From the NCBI RefSeq assembly GCF_009914755.1, contig NC_060928.1: a stretch of DNA of 64,000 nt. One strand, 5' to 3'. A program made the position numbers and the translations under genes. This document shows positions 52,397-64,000 of this stretch, piece after piece (position 1 is the first letter of the stretch; the number at the start of each line of letters is the position of its first letter). This stretch comes from the human T2T-CHM13v2.0 reference genome, Homo sapiens. Below the pieces are notes generated by a model that did no database searches, was not told where the DNA came from, and saw only the letters and a list, made by a program, of their open reading frames with translations.

Positions 52397-52558
52397 ATAT
52401 ATATATTATATAATATATATTACTTATATATAATATATAATATATATAATATATATAATTTATATATATAATTTATATATACATATATATAATTTTATAT
52501 ATATAAATTATATATATATACGTATATATAATTTATATATATACACATATATATAAAT

Positions 52559-52591
<33 letters not shown>
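52397..52591. repeat. TA-rich microsatellite with ATATAATTTATATATA periodicity
   Basis: Directly visible. Confidence 0.95.
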
Positions 52592-54279
52592 TCACAAGGT
52601 GAAGTCCCACAATAGGCTGTCTGCAAGCTGAGGAACAAGAAAGCCAGTCGAAGTCCCAAAACCTCAAAAGTAGGGAAGCGGACAGTGCAGCCTTCAGTCT
52701 GTGGCTGAAGGCTCGAGACCCCCTGGCAAATCATTGGTGTAGGTCGAAGAGTCCAAAAGCTGAAGAATTGCAGTATGATGTTCAAGGGCAGGAAGCATCG
52801 AGCACAGAAAAAGATGAAGGCCAAAAGATTCAGTAACTCTGCTCTTCCTAAATTCTCCTGCCTGCTCATATTACCAAAAAAATGCAAAAATCATCGTTCA
52901 GAAGAAGAGGCTGAAGGTCTAGTGGACTGAATTTTTGATAAGGAGATTAGTGTGGCTGTAAACCATGTACCTAATTAATCATTTTCACAGAAGCCAGGAA
53001 TAGATATGGATACTGACAGAAACAGTGGTAGCTGGGAATAAAGGAAATGGAGAAAAAAGAAGGAATGAAGAAAGATTAAAAATATGTGCTATCCTTTAAA
53101 CAAAAGGAATAAGGACCCAAGAGGTGATTCAGAGATCATCAAGCCACCACTTAGGTTTCAAAAAAGCCAATAGCTCCCAACAGAATTTTGCATATGAGAA
53201 TATGCATTTGGGAGGTCAAGGAAGGAGTATTATGAATGAAATGTTTACCCACCCCCAACCAAATTTATATGTTGAACTCCTAACACCCGATGTAATGTTA
53301 TTAGGAAGTGTGGCCTATGGGAAGTAATTAGTCATGAAAGTGGAGCCCTCATGAATGCATTAGTGCCCTTATAAGAAGAGACAGGAGAGCTTATTGTCTG
53401 TCTCTGCTGTCCACCATGTTAGAATATAACAAAGAGACAGCCACACACAAACCAGGAAGTGGGTCCTCACCAGACGCAGGTTCTGCTAGCATCATGATGA
53501 TGTACTTTCCAAACTTCAGAACTGTGATAAATAAATGTTAGTTGTTCAAGTTAGCAGTCTATGATAATTGCTTATATGGTCTGGACTAAGACAACATCTG
53601 TGACAACTGCTAGAAGAACATATGGGGAAGATACAATGAGTGCTTATAATAATAGGTTGCTTTGATACTCAATTGTCCTGGAAGAGTCAATCTAGCAGAA
53701 ATGAAAAAGATGGACATAGGCCTTATTAGGCAAAGAGAAAAGAGCCTACATTGTAAGTTGAAGAAACAGTGGATAAAGGAACTATAAAAACAAATCTAAG
53801 TGCCCCAAGAAATATTTAGTTTTCTTGTTATTGATAACTCAATATCGTTGTCATTGGTAGCCAACTATGAAATACTGTCACTGGACTTTAAAAAATTTTG
53901 TATTAATCAGGCCACAACCAAGGTCAAGTAATAATATGCTACCTCTCACCCTATCTTCACTGCCTCAGTTTTGATACTCTGGGAACTATTGGAGAAATTG
54001 ATGAAATTAGGACATGTTTACATTTCCACCAATAAAATATATATTTTCTGGTATTTACTTAAAGTAAGGGCTATTACTAAAGTTGTTGTATATATTTCAT
54101 ATGACTTTAGCAGAAATAATTAATTTTTAGTAGTGAAGGTCCTTCTCCACTCAAAAATAAATGGTGATATTTCTAAAAATATGGTTAGTGAATATTCTCC
54201 TGGATGGTAAATAATCAGTTTGAGATTAATTCAAGTTTAGATTCTTCAGTGTGTACTCAAAGGCTCACTCAAAAGTGCA

Positions 54280-56217
54280 CTTTATTACACTAACAATACA
54301 CTATCCAAAAATCAAGAAAACAATTCCATTTATAATAGCCACTAAAATAAAATACTTAGGAATAAATTTAACCTAGGAGGTGAAAGATATCTATACTCTG
54401 AAAATAAAACATTAATGAAAGAAATTGAAGAAAACATGAATAAATGGAAAGATACTTTGTGTTCATGAACTGGAAGAATTAATATTGTTAAAATGTCCAT
54501 AATACTTAAAGTGATCAGCAGATTTATGCAATCCCTATCAAAATTTCAATGTCAGTTTTCACAAAAATAAAAAAATATTGAAATTTGTCTACAACCAGAA
54601 AAAATACCCCCAAACCTAACAGAATTTAGCACAAAAGGAAGAAAGCTTGAGGCATCACATAGAAGATTTCAAAATTTACTACAAAGCTACAGTAATCAAA
54701 AAAGCATGACACTAATATAAAAATAGTCACTAGATTAATAGAACAGAGTAGAGAGCCCAGAAATAAATCCATGAATTTACAGCCAATTAATTTTTAATAT
54801 GGCTTCCAAAAATAAACAATGGGGAAATGACAGCCTTTTCAATAAGTAATGTTGGGAAAACTGTATGTCCACATGCAGAAAAATAAAATTAGCTCCTCAT
54901 TTCATACCATATAAAAATGACTAAAAATGCATTAAACACTTAAAGGTAAGCTGTGAAACTGTAAAACTGCTAGAGGTAATTATGGAAAAAAGCTCTGTGG
55001 AATTGGTTTGGGCAATAATTTTTCGGGTATGAACATAAAAGTTTTCGGGAATGAAAACAAAATAAAAAATAGACAATTGCGGTTACATCAAATTAAAAAG
55101 CGTCTGCAGAAACAACAACAACAACAACAACAACAAAAATCGACACCTAAGAGAAAGCCTACAGAGAGAGAGAAAATATTTCCAAAGCATACATCTGATA
55201 AGGTTAATATCCAAAATATATAGGCAACTCAAATAACAAACTGGGAAGAAAACAAATAACCTAGTGAAAAAAACGGTCAAAACACCTGAATAGACACGGT
55301 AAAGTATAGGAAAAAATGTTCAACATCACTCTTCATCAGGGAAATTCAAATTAAAACCACAATAAGATGTTACTTCATACCTGTTATAATAGCTATTACC
55401 TAAAAGATGAAAAATAACAAGTGTTGGTAAGGATAAGGAATGTTCATTAGTACAGCTATTATGAAAAAAGAGTGCAGAGCTTCATAACAAAATTAAAAAT
55501 AGTATTAACATATGATCCAGCAATCCTACTACTGGGTATAAATACAAAAGAAATAAAATCAGTACATAAAGAGATATGTTCCTTTTCATGTTCATTGGAG
55601 CATTATTTACAATAGCCACCATATGGAATCAACCTAAGTGTCCGTCAACTGATAATAGTCAAGAAAATATGATATATACAGAAACACAAACAAACCCAAT
55701 TGAATATTATTCTGCCTTAAGAAGGAAGGGAGTCCTGCCATTTGTGACAATATGGGTGAATTTAGAGGACATTATGTTAAACGAAAATAGGCAGGCACAG
55801 TAAGATGAATACTGAACGATCTCATTTATATGTGGGAGGTAAAAAAGTTACAGTCATAGAGAAAAGAGTAGAATGGTGGTTACCAGGGGCTGGTAGATAG
55901 AGGACGAGGATTAGAATAACACTGGTAAAAGGATGTATACAGTTTCGGTTAGTTACAAGAAATAAATCTGAGAGATCATACAACATGTTGACTGTAGTTA
56001 AAAGCAATGTATTGCATGCTTAAAAATTGCTTAGAGGAAACTGTATTTTCATGACAAAGAAATAAGTAAGTGGGGTAATGAATATGTTATTAGCTTTATT
56101 TGGTCATTCCACAGTGTTATGCCTCTATATGTAATATACGCATATTTAAAACGCTATGTTGTACAGCATCAATGCATACAAATATTTGTCAATTTAAAAA
56201 AGAAATAATTTAATAAA
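54280..56217 (+). mobile_element. L1MA6-8-like, 5'-truncated (ORF2 3' part and 3'UTR)
   Basis: AAAATACTTAGGAATAAATTTAACC...; ORF 55576-55803 (ATIWNQPKCPS); 3'UTR TGGTGGTTACCAGGGGCTGG...TTTGTCAATTTAAAAAAGAAA. Confidence 0.9.
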
Positions 56218-57974
56218 ATGAAATATAGGGTAGGTGTTAACACAGAGAATAAATTAATGTTGACGATAAAAAGGCAGTGTACTTTGTCACTTTGTCAAAC
56301 ACACTCAAAATAATTACTGCCCACAGATAGCTTACAGTACAATATATGATGGACATTCTTGACCAAAAAAGGTAGAGTTAAGAAAAAGCATGCTTCTTAT
56401 GCTAATTTATAGCTTATTTAAATAATCACAAAACTTCTATGGCATAGACAATTTACTCCTTATTTTACAGATTTAAGATCTTAATCTTGGAAAATGTTAG
56501 TATGTCAATAAATTTTTACCCAATGTTCCACAACTAAATAAATATAAAGGAGTGTATCTTGAAATTAAATGCCATAGAATGTTATTTATACAACAAGAGG
56601 AATATATACACACACACACACACGCACATATGTATAATGATTTTGTCAAATACATCTCAAATACATCTAAGTATAATTTGTGAATATTATTAGGCATTTG
56701 ATGCTGTTACTTCAGCAAATTACATATAACTCAATGAACCTTTTGAACCGATGGGTGAAAATATTTTTGCAAATGCAAAGCTATTTCAATTAGATTTTTT
56801 TGTTTGTTTTACTTAATCCAGTCTCTACTTTTTCCATATCATTTTATGTTTCATTAAGTAATGTATGGACTAAAATAAGTTTCTACAGAATCATTAGTGT
56901 AAATTCCTCATTTGATTTTACATAGATCTACACTTGAAAAATTGTTTATTTGATAGTTTGATTCATTCATTTTGTGACAAGTATGGTATAAGACCCTGCA
57001 GCAATATGGGTGGGTAAAATCAAACCCTGTCTTCACTGAACTTACTCAAGATAAATAGGTTATTTTTTTAAAGTTTATTATTATGAATTGGCTACAGTAA
57101 ATTAACTTCTAGGTGTTATAATACAATTCTGATAACTAACAATGAATGAACATTTATAGAAAAGTAGAGCAGGACCTTAAAATGTATTTTCTTCTAGAAG
57201 CCAAATCAATGTTAGTCCAAGATACTCAGGTGTGTACACGAGTATTCCATCTATCTCCATATGCTTTCTCTCTCCAGAATAATTTTTCCTCCCTAACAGT
57301 ATTCTCTTTAGAGATATTAATAACAATAGCTTCTTGCTCATAGTTGACCTCAATCCAGAATTCCTCCTGAAGTGTATCCGCAAGTATATTTACTCATCAT
57401 TTTTTTGCGAAATGTGTTGGTACTTGATCTTCCATGTGTGTGGCTCCTGGGTAAAGAATTTCCTTCAAGAACAAGGAAAACTATTTTTGCAACAAAACGT
57501 AGATCATGAGTATGACTGCTGGGTAAATAATAATCTTAAGGATCAGGGAAAACTTGTTTGTAACAGTACATAGCTCTGCAGTGACTAGCGGCCTTTATTT
57601 CTACCTGGGAGAATTGACATACCAGACCAATGATTATAACTAGCCACATGATCATTATTGGGTGAGAGCTAGCAAATGAATGTAGAATCATAAGGATTGT
57701 TTAGATTTTCATAATAATAATACACCTATTATTACATGTAGATTAAAACAATTCATAACCAAAGTCCTATTTATTTTACAGGTAAATGTCTATTTTTTGT
57801 AGGTTTTTTTTTTACTACATGCCTTAAAATTATATTCATATCATTAAATGGGATAGGCTTTTCAAGGAATGTAAATCATGTTGAAATGTTTCAGTTCTTG
57901 CCAACGAACATGCTTAAATTAATAACAATACAAAAGTAATAACTTTTTATCCAAAGTTTGCTCTCTAAAGGTTC

Positions 57975-58239
57975 TTTTTTTTCTATTTTTTGACTTGATT
58001 TTATTTTATTTTAATTTTTATTTTACTTTAAGTTCCAGGATACATGTGCAGAACATGCAGGTTTGTTACATAGGTATACGTGTGCCATCGTGGTTTGCTG
58101 CACTATCAACCCCGTTATCTAGGTTTTAAACCCTGCATGCATTAGATATATGTCTTTAAGCTCTCCCTCCCCTTGTCCCCAACCCCCTGACTGGCCCCGT
58201 TGTGTGTTGTTCCCCTCTCTGTGTCCATGTGTTCTCATT
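57975..58239 (-). mobile_element. L1PA7/8-like short 3' end
   Basis: TACTTTAAGTTCCAGGATACATGTGCAGAAC...ATCTAGGTTTTAAACCCTGCATGCATTAG. Confidence 0.9.
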
Positions 58240-58245
58240 AGAACT

Positions 58246-58840
58246 CTTTTTTTTTTAACTTTTATTTTAAGTTGAGGGGAACAAGTCCATGTTGGTTACG
58301 TAGGTAAACTTGTGCCATGGAGATTTGTTGTGCAGATCATTTCATGACTCACTAGTTATTTTTCCTGATCCTCTTCTTCTGCCTACCCTCCACTCTGTGA
58401 AAGGCCCCAGTGTGTGTTGTTCCCCTCTATGTGTCCATGTGTTCTCATCATTTAGCTCCCACTTATAAGTGATAACACGTGGCATTTAGTTTTCTGTTCC
58501 TATGTTAGTTTGCTAAAGATAATCACCACCAGCTCCATCCATGCCCCTTCAAAAGACATGATCTTGTTCTTTTTAATGGCTGCATAGTATTCCAAGGTGT
58601 ATATGCACCACATTTCCTTTATCTAGTCTATCATTGAGGGGCAATTAGGTTGATTCCATGTCTTTGCTATTGTGAATACTGCTATTAATACAATGAACAT
58701 ACTTGTGCATGTGTCTTTACAATAGAATGATTTATATTCCTTTGGGTATATACTTTGTAATGTGATTGCTGGGTCAAGTGGTATTTCTGCCTCTAGGTCT
58801 TTGAAGAAGTAACAGGTGCTGGTGAGATTGTGGAGAAAAA
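58246..58840 (-). mobile_element. L1PA12/13-like 3' fragment with a short 5' inversion (58810-58840)
   Basis: AACTTTTATTTTAAGTT...GGTAAACTTGTGCCATGG...TTTTTCCTGATCCTCT; ends with sense TAACAGGTGCTGGTGAGATTGTGGAGAAAAA. Confidence 0.88.
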
Positions 58841-59237
58841 TAACCCTTTACTTTTAATAAATATTAGCATTAGAGTTCCTCTACCTTTAACACTCACTTT
58901 TCATTTGCCATCATCTTTCTGCTCTAGCCCATATCCTAAATTTTAATAGAAATTAGGCACACCAGCCATCAATCAACACTCGTGTCTGATACTTTGAACA
59001 TTACATTTATTTTATCAATAATATACTGATTATGAAAATTAAATAGCAGTCAACAAATTTAAGTTACTCTACATTGATTACCTGAATAATTTAACAGGTA
59101 AAATATAAAATAACATATATAACACATTGAGATCCGTTTATTTTCACAGATGGGACAGTTTGAGTGCTTACATAGTCAAATGACTGTTTCAGAATATGGT
59201 CATGCAACAGGAAATCCTAATTTGCCGTTTAGTTTAG

Positions 59238-59594
<357 letters not shown>

Positions 59595-59929
59595 CAAAAT
59601 TATTATTTTTACTAAATTGTTTTCATAGAAGTTTGGATCACTTATACAACTTTAATCTTCTGTCTCAATCTGGTTCAAGAGGAATGACTTATTTCTACCT
59701 TTAATATCGCCCACGCCACATTTTTTTTTCTTGAAATTAGCTGTTTCACATGTGTTTTAATAGATTTTCATAGACTGATTAACATGGCACACAGTTAAGT
59801 TATATTTGTAGTGTCTAGTGGGGCATGTCCATTTCATAAATGACCCAGTGCTTTATGAAACTCTGCTTGAAAATTCTAACAGTACTATGCATCCCTTCTG
59901 GGATCTATCTTTTTAAATTTAAACAGGTG

Positions 59930-60252
59930 ATTTATTTGTTTATTTATTAGGACATTAGTTATTTGTTTTTGAGGCAGGGTCTTGCTCTGTCGCCCAGGCT
60001 GGAGTGCAGTGGTACAATCATGGCTCACTGCAGCCTCAACTTCTCCAGCTTAAGTGATCCTTCCACTTCAGCCTCCCAAATAGCTGGAGCTACAGGTGTG
60101 CTCCACCACACCCACATAATATTTTTAGTTTTTTGTAGTGATAAGGATCTCACTATTTTGCCCAGTCTGGTCTCAACTCCTGGACTCAGGCAATCCTCTC
60201 ACCTTGGCTTTCCAAAGTGCTGGGATTAAAAGGGTGAGCCACTGTGCCAGCG
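59930..60252 (-). mobile_element. AluJ (Jb/Jo)
   Basis: GAGGCAGGGTCTTGCTC...ATCATGGCTCACTGCAGCCTCAAC...CAATCCTCTCACCTTGGC. Confidence 0.92.
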
Positions 60253-60269
60253 TAAGTGATATTATTTCA

Positions 60270-60425
60270 TATTCCATAGCATGTTTTAATCTGTTTTTCT
60301 TTTCAGTTTTGTCTTATCAAGTGAATTGTGAACTCTTGAGAATAGATCTCATTCTCCTTTACATCCTATTATTTAATGCAATGCGGTGTGTAATCAATGT
60401 ATATGGCATGGTTGAATAAATTCAT
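60270..60425 (+). mobile_element. L2 3' tail
   Basis: AATTGTGAACTCTTGAGAATAGA...TCAATGTATATG...TTGAATAAAT. Confidence 0.55.
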
Positions 60426-61028
60426 GAGTAACTTAATGAAAGAAATCTGTCTTTATGGTTTAGATATCTTTCACCTAAGTTGTCTGAAACTTACTTAATG
60501 AGTTTTGTGAATGAAGAGAAAAAAAATCTATCCTACAATTTGTATTTTGGTGAGATACAAATATCTCAAATGATAATGTCTCCAGAGCAAAATCCAGTAT
60601 ACAACTTATGCTTGAGGCAAGTTTTTCTTTCTCCCTTGAGTAAGAATTCGTCACTGAGGGTTTTGGGATATGTCATATGCTGAGTCAAATCCTGCATAAG
60701 GCAAAAGAAATCAAGTGTCAGAGATAATATTCTTTTATTGGATCCTAAAGCTGATATTCAGCATGGGAGTGCCCCATCAAATTTTGATTCTGTTACTTTG
60801 TTTTATGCTTTATTTCCTTGTTTACTGTACAGATAAGCAGAAGTAACTTAAAACATTAAAAACTATAAAAAATTCTCGCTGAAAACTAATTTTCAAAGCT
60901 TCTTGTTGGCAAAGAAAAATCAAAAGCTTTAAATAATCTGTAGTATTTTAGGCTGTCTTCCATGGGAAAACAAATGGTGACACTTTTACATAAAGAGTTC
61001 CTGTAACCTAGGAACAGATTGTTTTTAG

Positions 61029-61340
<312 letters not shown>

Positions 61341-62764
61341 GTTTAAAACTAAAGTTCATTTTCTTAACAGAAACAATGGTATACTAGTTAATATCATCAA
61401 GTGTTCCAGACAAGCTGCTTGTAATATATTACTTAATTCAATGCACTAGCATTATAGAATGAATGATACTACTTTTGGTTTTAAATCAATGACAGACACA
61501 CAAATGAAGGGCTTTTTTTGTTTTAGAATACAGAAGTTACCCTTTAAAAACTTGTAAATAAACAGATTAGTTTTTGACATTTTCCCTTTGTCTTGTTCTG
61601 TGTCTGTTATCTCTTTCTCTCTGTCTGTCTATCTCTCCCCCACTCTCTCTCTCTCCTGCTTTTTCAATCTTTTTATATCCTTTCCCCTCAAATATCTTTG
61701 TTCTCCTGCAGATAACTTTAAATTGGATATTAGTAAACAATTTCTAATATAGCCTCCGTTACAAATTATCTTAAACTTCTTTTTCACTCAACAATACTTC
61801 CACTCTTTCAAATTGTATTAGTAAATTTTATTAGATGGTAGGAGAAAATTCTATTGAGCGAGTGCACACTAATGGTACAATCAATGTTTGCTAATGCTAT
61901 AGCTATCAAGCATACATTTCTGATTTTTTAAAGCTAGAATATTTGCTAAAACCAAATAAATCCATTTCATAAAAATGTAACACCATTTAACTACATTAAA
62001 GAGTATTCATTGTGTTAATCAATATATGCTGAAGTGGTAACTTTTGGAAGTAGAGGGAGGCTATGAGTTTAGAGAAAGTCATTGTCGGGAGTTATATCAA
62101 GCGACAGCTTCTCTAAAGGTTTTTCGTTTTTGTTTGTCATGAGAGTAGATCAACTTTCTTCCTTCCTTCCTTTCTGAGTCTTTTGGGCTCTCTCTTAGCA
62201 AGCACAAAGTAAGGAATGAAAAGAATAATTGAGAGACAATGGGGCTTACAAAGGGCGATCTTACACAGTTTACATATCATATAAATGTATGTCAGAAACT
62301 CCTTAAAAATTGTCTTTTATTATTTTATTTCATCAAAGCAATTATATCTGTTAGTGTTTGATTAACCATAAGCAATCAAAAATGAATTTAACATCATGAC
62401 ATACATATTGAACACAAACTTTCATACATTTAATTCAGTTGAGGATATTAAATATGGTTACAAAAATGAACTTATTTAATGCTATATTATATATTATGAT
62501 CCTGCATTTTATGTTGTTTCAATTCAGTATTAAACTCTGTAATATTAAAAAATGTTTTACACTTCTATGTTTATTGTTTTTCAGTTTTCCCCATTGTAAC
62601 TATGTAAATGTACATGGCATGTATGTTAAATGTACATATTTTACAAAGTTTTGTTGTATATATTACATATATAATAACATACATCACACATTACATATCA
62701 CATGTTTGTTTTCTATTATATATCACATATTATATGCATTTGCTAAAACTTGTATTTCTCATAC

Positions 62765-63003
62765 TACATGCCATGTTCTATAGGAAACATTTTACAGTAT
62801 TTATCTAATCTTCATGGCAGTCTTGTAGGGTAGAAAGCTACTATTATTTTCCCAAATTTTATAGGTAAGTATACTGAGGGAAAGAAAAATTGCATACATT
62901 GGACAATATCACCCAGAATTCTAGAGGGAAATTAGGCATCAAACTCTAATTAGGCAGTCTGGCTTCAGAGTCTATGCTCTCACCCTTATTCTATACTATA
63001 CTG
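62765..63003 (-). mobile_element. MIR
   Basis: TAATCTTCATGGCAGTCTTGTAGGGTAG...TTTTATAGGTAAGTATACTGAGG...AGGCAGTCTGGCTTCAGAGTCTATGCTCT. Confidence 0.82.
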
Positions 63004-63776
63004 TATATGCACATTATAATCGCATAGACATATTAGTTTGATTGCAAGCCAATTTTAAAGTATGTATTTTAAGAGTTTATTTCTTAGATATAAATTTTTT
63101 TGAGAAAAATATTTGATGCAGTCTCTACAGCAGCTAAATAAATGTAAAACACTGAAAAAGTGTTACTTACGTATTTCTAAGTGGTTTAATAACTGATGTC
63201 TAGGCTAGCTTCTCTGTCAGTCACTTCAAGCAAGTTAACCTATGTTGTTAGGTCATGTAATCCGAAAGTAGTTAAATGAATTAATTTTTTTTCTCCAGTA
63301 AAAAGCCTAAGATATTTGTTTCTCCTTCTGGTGTCTATCTTATTTTATAAGAGGTAAACTCTTAAGAAGTAAGGTCTTTGAATCACTTTGAAAATTGGGA
63401 CTTGTCAATGTAAGTACTTTGAAATCACTGATAAGCCCACTTGTAGATTACTTCCATCTACATCAAAAGTCAATTAAGAATATTGAGCCTGGACAACAAA
63501 AGTGCCTCGTTCAGTATAAGAATAGTCCTATTTACTTCCTGAAGGACCTATTAAACATTTTCTGGTTCAGGATACCTACATTGGACAGTAGTTTGATATT
63601 TATTTGCTTGCTGGATTTCAATAGACATTTGACTTTTCTTATTGCGAAATTAATTAACATGTGCTTTTAGAATCATCTATCTATAATAAAATTCCAATAA
63701 TCCAGCATAATTGAGGCCTAGTGAAAACCATTAATGACGGAGTTAATATGTCATTATGTCATTAGAACTCTTTCTT

Positions 63777-64000
63777 TGACACAGGATTTTTCTGGGTCAC
63801 TTTGCCAGCCGGAAATCTCCAGCTGGTGACGACCCTGCCCAAGCCTTGCCAGGGCTCGAATTTGCCACAAGAGATACCCCGTCCACTCAGCCTACCAGAC
63901 TGCACCTGGCCTGCGCTCCAGGGCGATTCCCACAGCTACCCCAACTGTGTGCCCAGCTCCAAGCAGGAGTAAGTGTGTAAGCAAGAGAGTGCGGGGTCCA
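63777..64000 (-). mobile_element. MER52-family ERV1 LTR, runs off window end
   Basis: TGACACAGGATTTTTCTGGGTCACTTTGCCAGCCGGAAATCTCC, with an abrupt switch to GC-rich sequence. Confidence 0.75.

Larger units (their letters stand above)
51958..52864 (-). mobile_element. MLT2A2-like (HERV-L) LTR, truncated, interrupted by microsatellites and a duplicated segment
   Basis: TAGTCAGGGTTATCTAGAGGGACAGAACTAA at about 51970; CACAAGGTGAAGTCCCACAATAGGCTGTCTGCAAGCTGAGG...AACCTCAAAAGTAGGGAAGC at 52593-52864; CTCAT on both flanks. Confidence 0.9.
50510..53593 (+). mobile_element. MLT1A0 provirus (5'LTR ~50510-50870, internal, 3'LTR ~53228-53593) with nested inserts
   Basis: Two direct LTRs (TGTTATGGACT... 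and ...GACTAAGACA), MLT1 internal sequence (AATGTGGAAGCATCTTTGTAACTGGGTAATGG) and a perfect 5 bp TSD ACATC at 50505 and 53594. Confidence 0.9.

Noticed and set aside
57146-57680. Unique stretch with short ORFs and repeated CTGGGTAAA / GGAAAACT words
   Set aside because: No recognisable protein similarity or convincing exon structure; the short word repeats are compatible with chance.
63777-64000. GC-rich end of the window as a possible CpG island or promoter
   Set aside because: It is explained by a MER52-family LTR.

Overview
This is AT-rich primate genomic DNA, probably catarrhine/hominoid since it carries AluY and an L1PA2/3-type insert. It looks like a gene desert or deep intron. I found no intact protein-coding gene, RNA gene or CpG island. 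The listed ORFs are broken L1 ORF2 pieces, Alu/LTR read-throughs or chance ORFs. Much of the window is layered transposable elements: L1 of many ages (including a near full-length L1PB), Alus, MaLR elements (complete THE1B and MLT1A0 proviruses plus solo LTRs), ERV1/ERVL LTRs, MIR/L2, and DNA transposons (MER1B, MER20, MER5A, MER82, MADE1). Subfamily names come from my recollection of consensus sequences, not from a RepeatMasker run, and boundaries of old elements are approximate. I see no new gene system. The notable signals are fossil DNA-repair and retroposition events: (1) an unidentified ~500 bp retrocopied mRNA 3' end with a perfect 15 bp TSD inside an MLT1A0 provirus; (2) a 240 bp nearby sequence copied into a TA microsatellite; (3) two clusters of templated inverted repeats; (4) a 45 bp L1 patch with no retrotransposition hallmarks; (5) several twin-primed L1 inversions; (6) a MER20 split by a 7 kb nested stack of elements.
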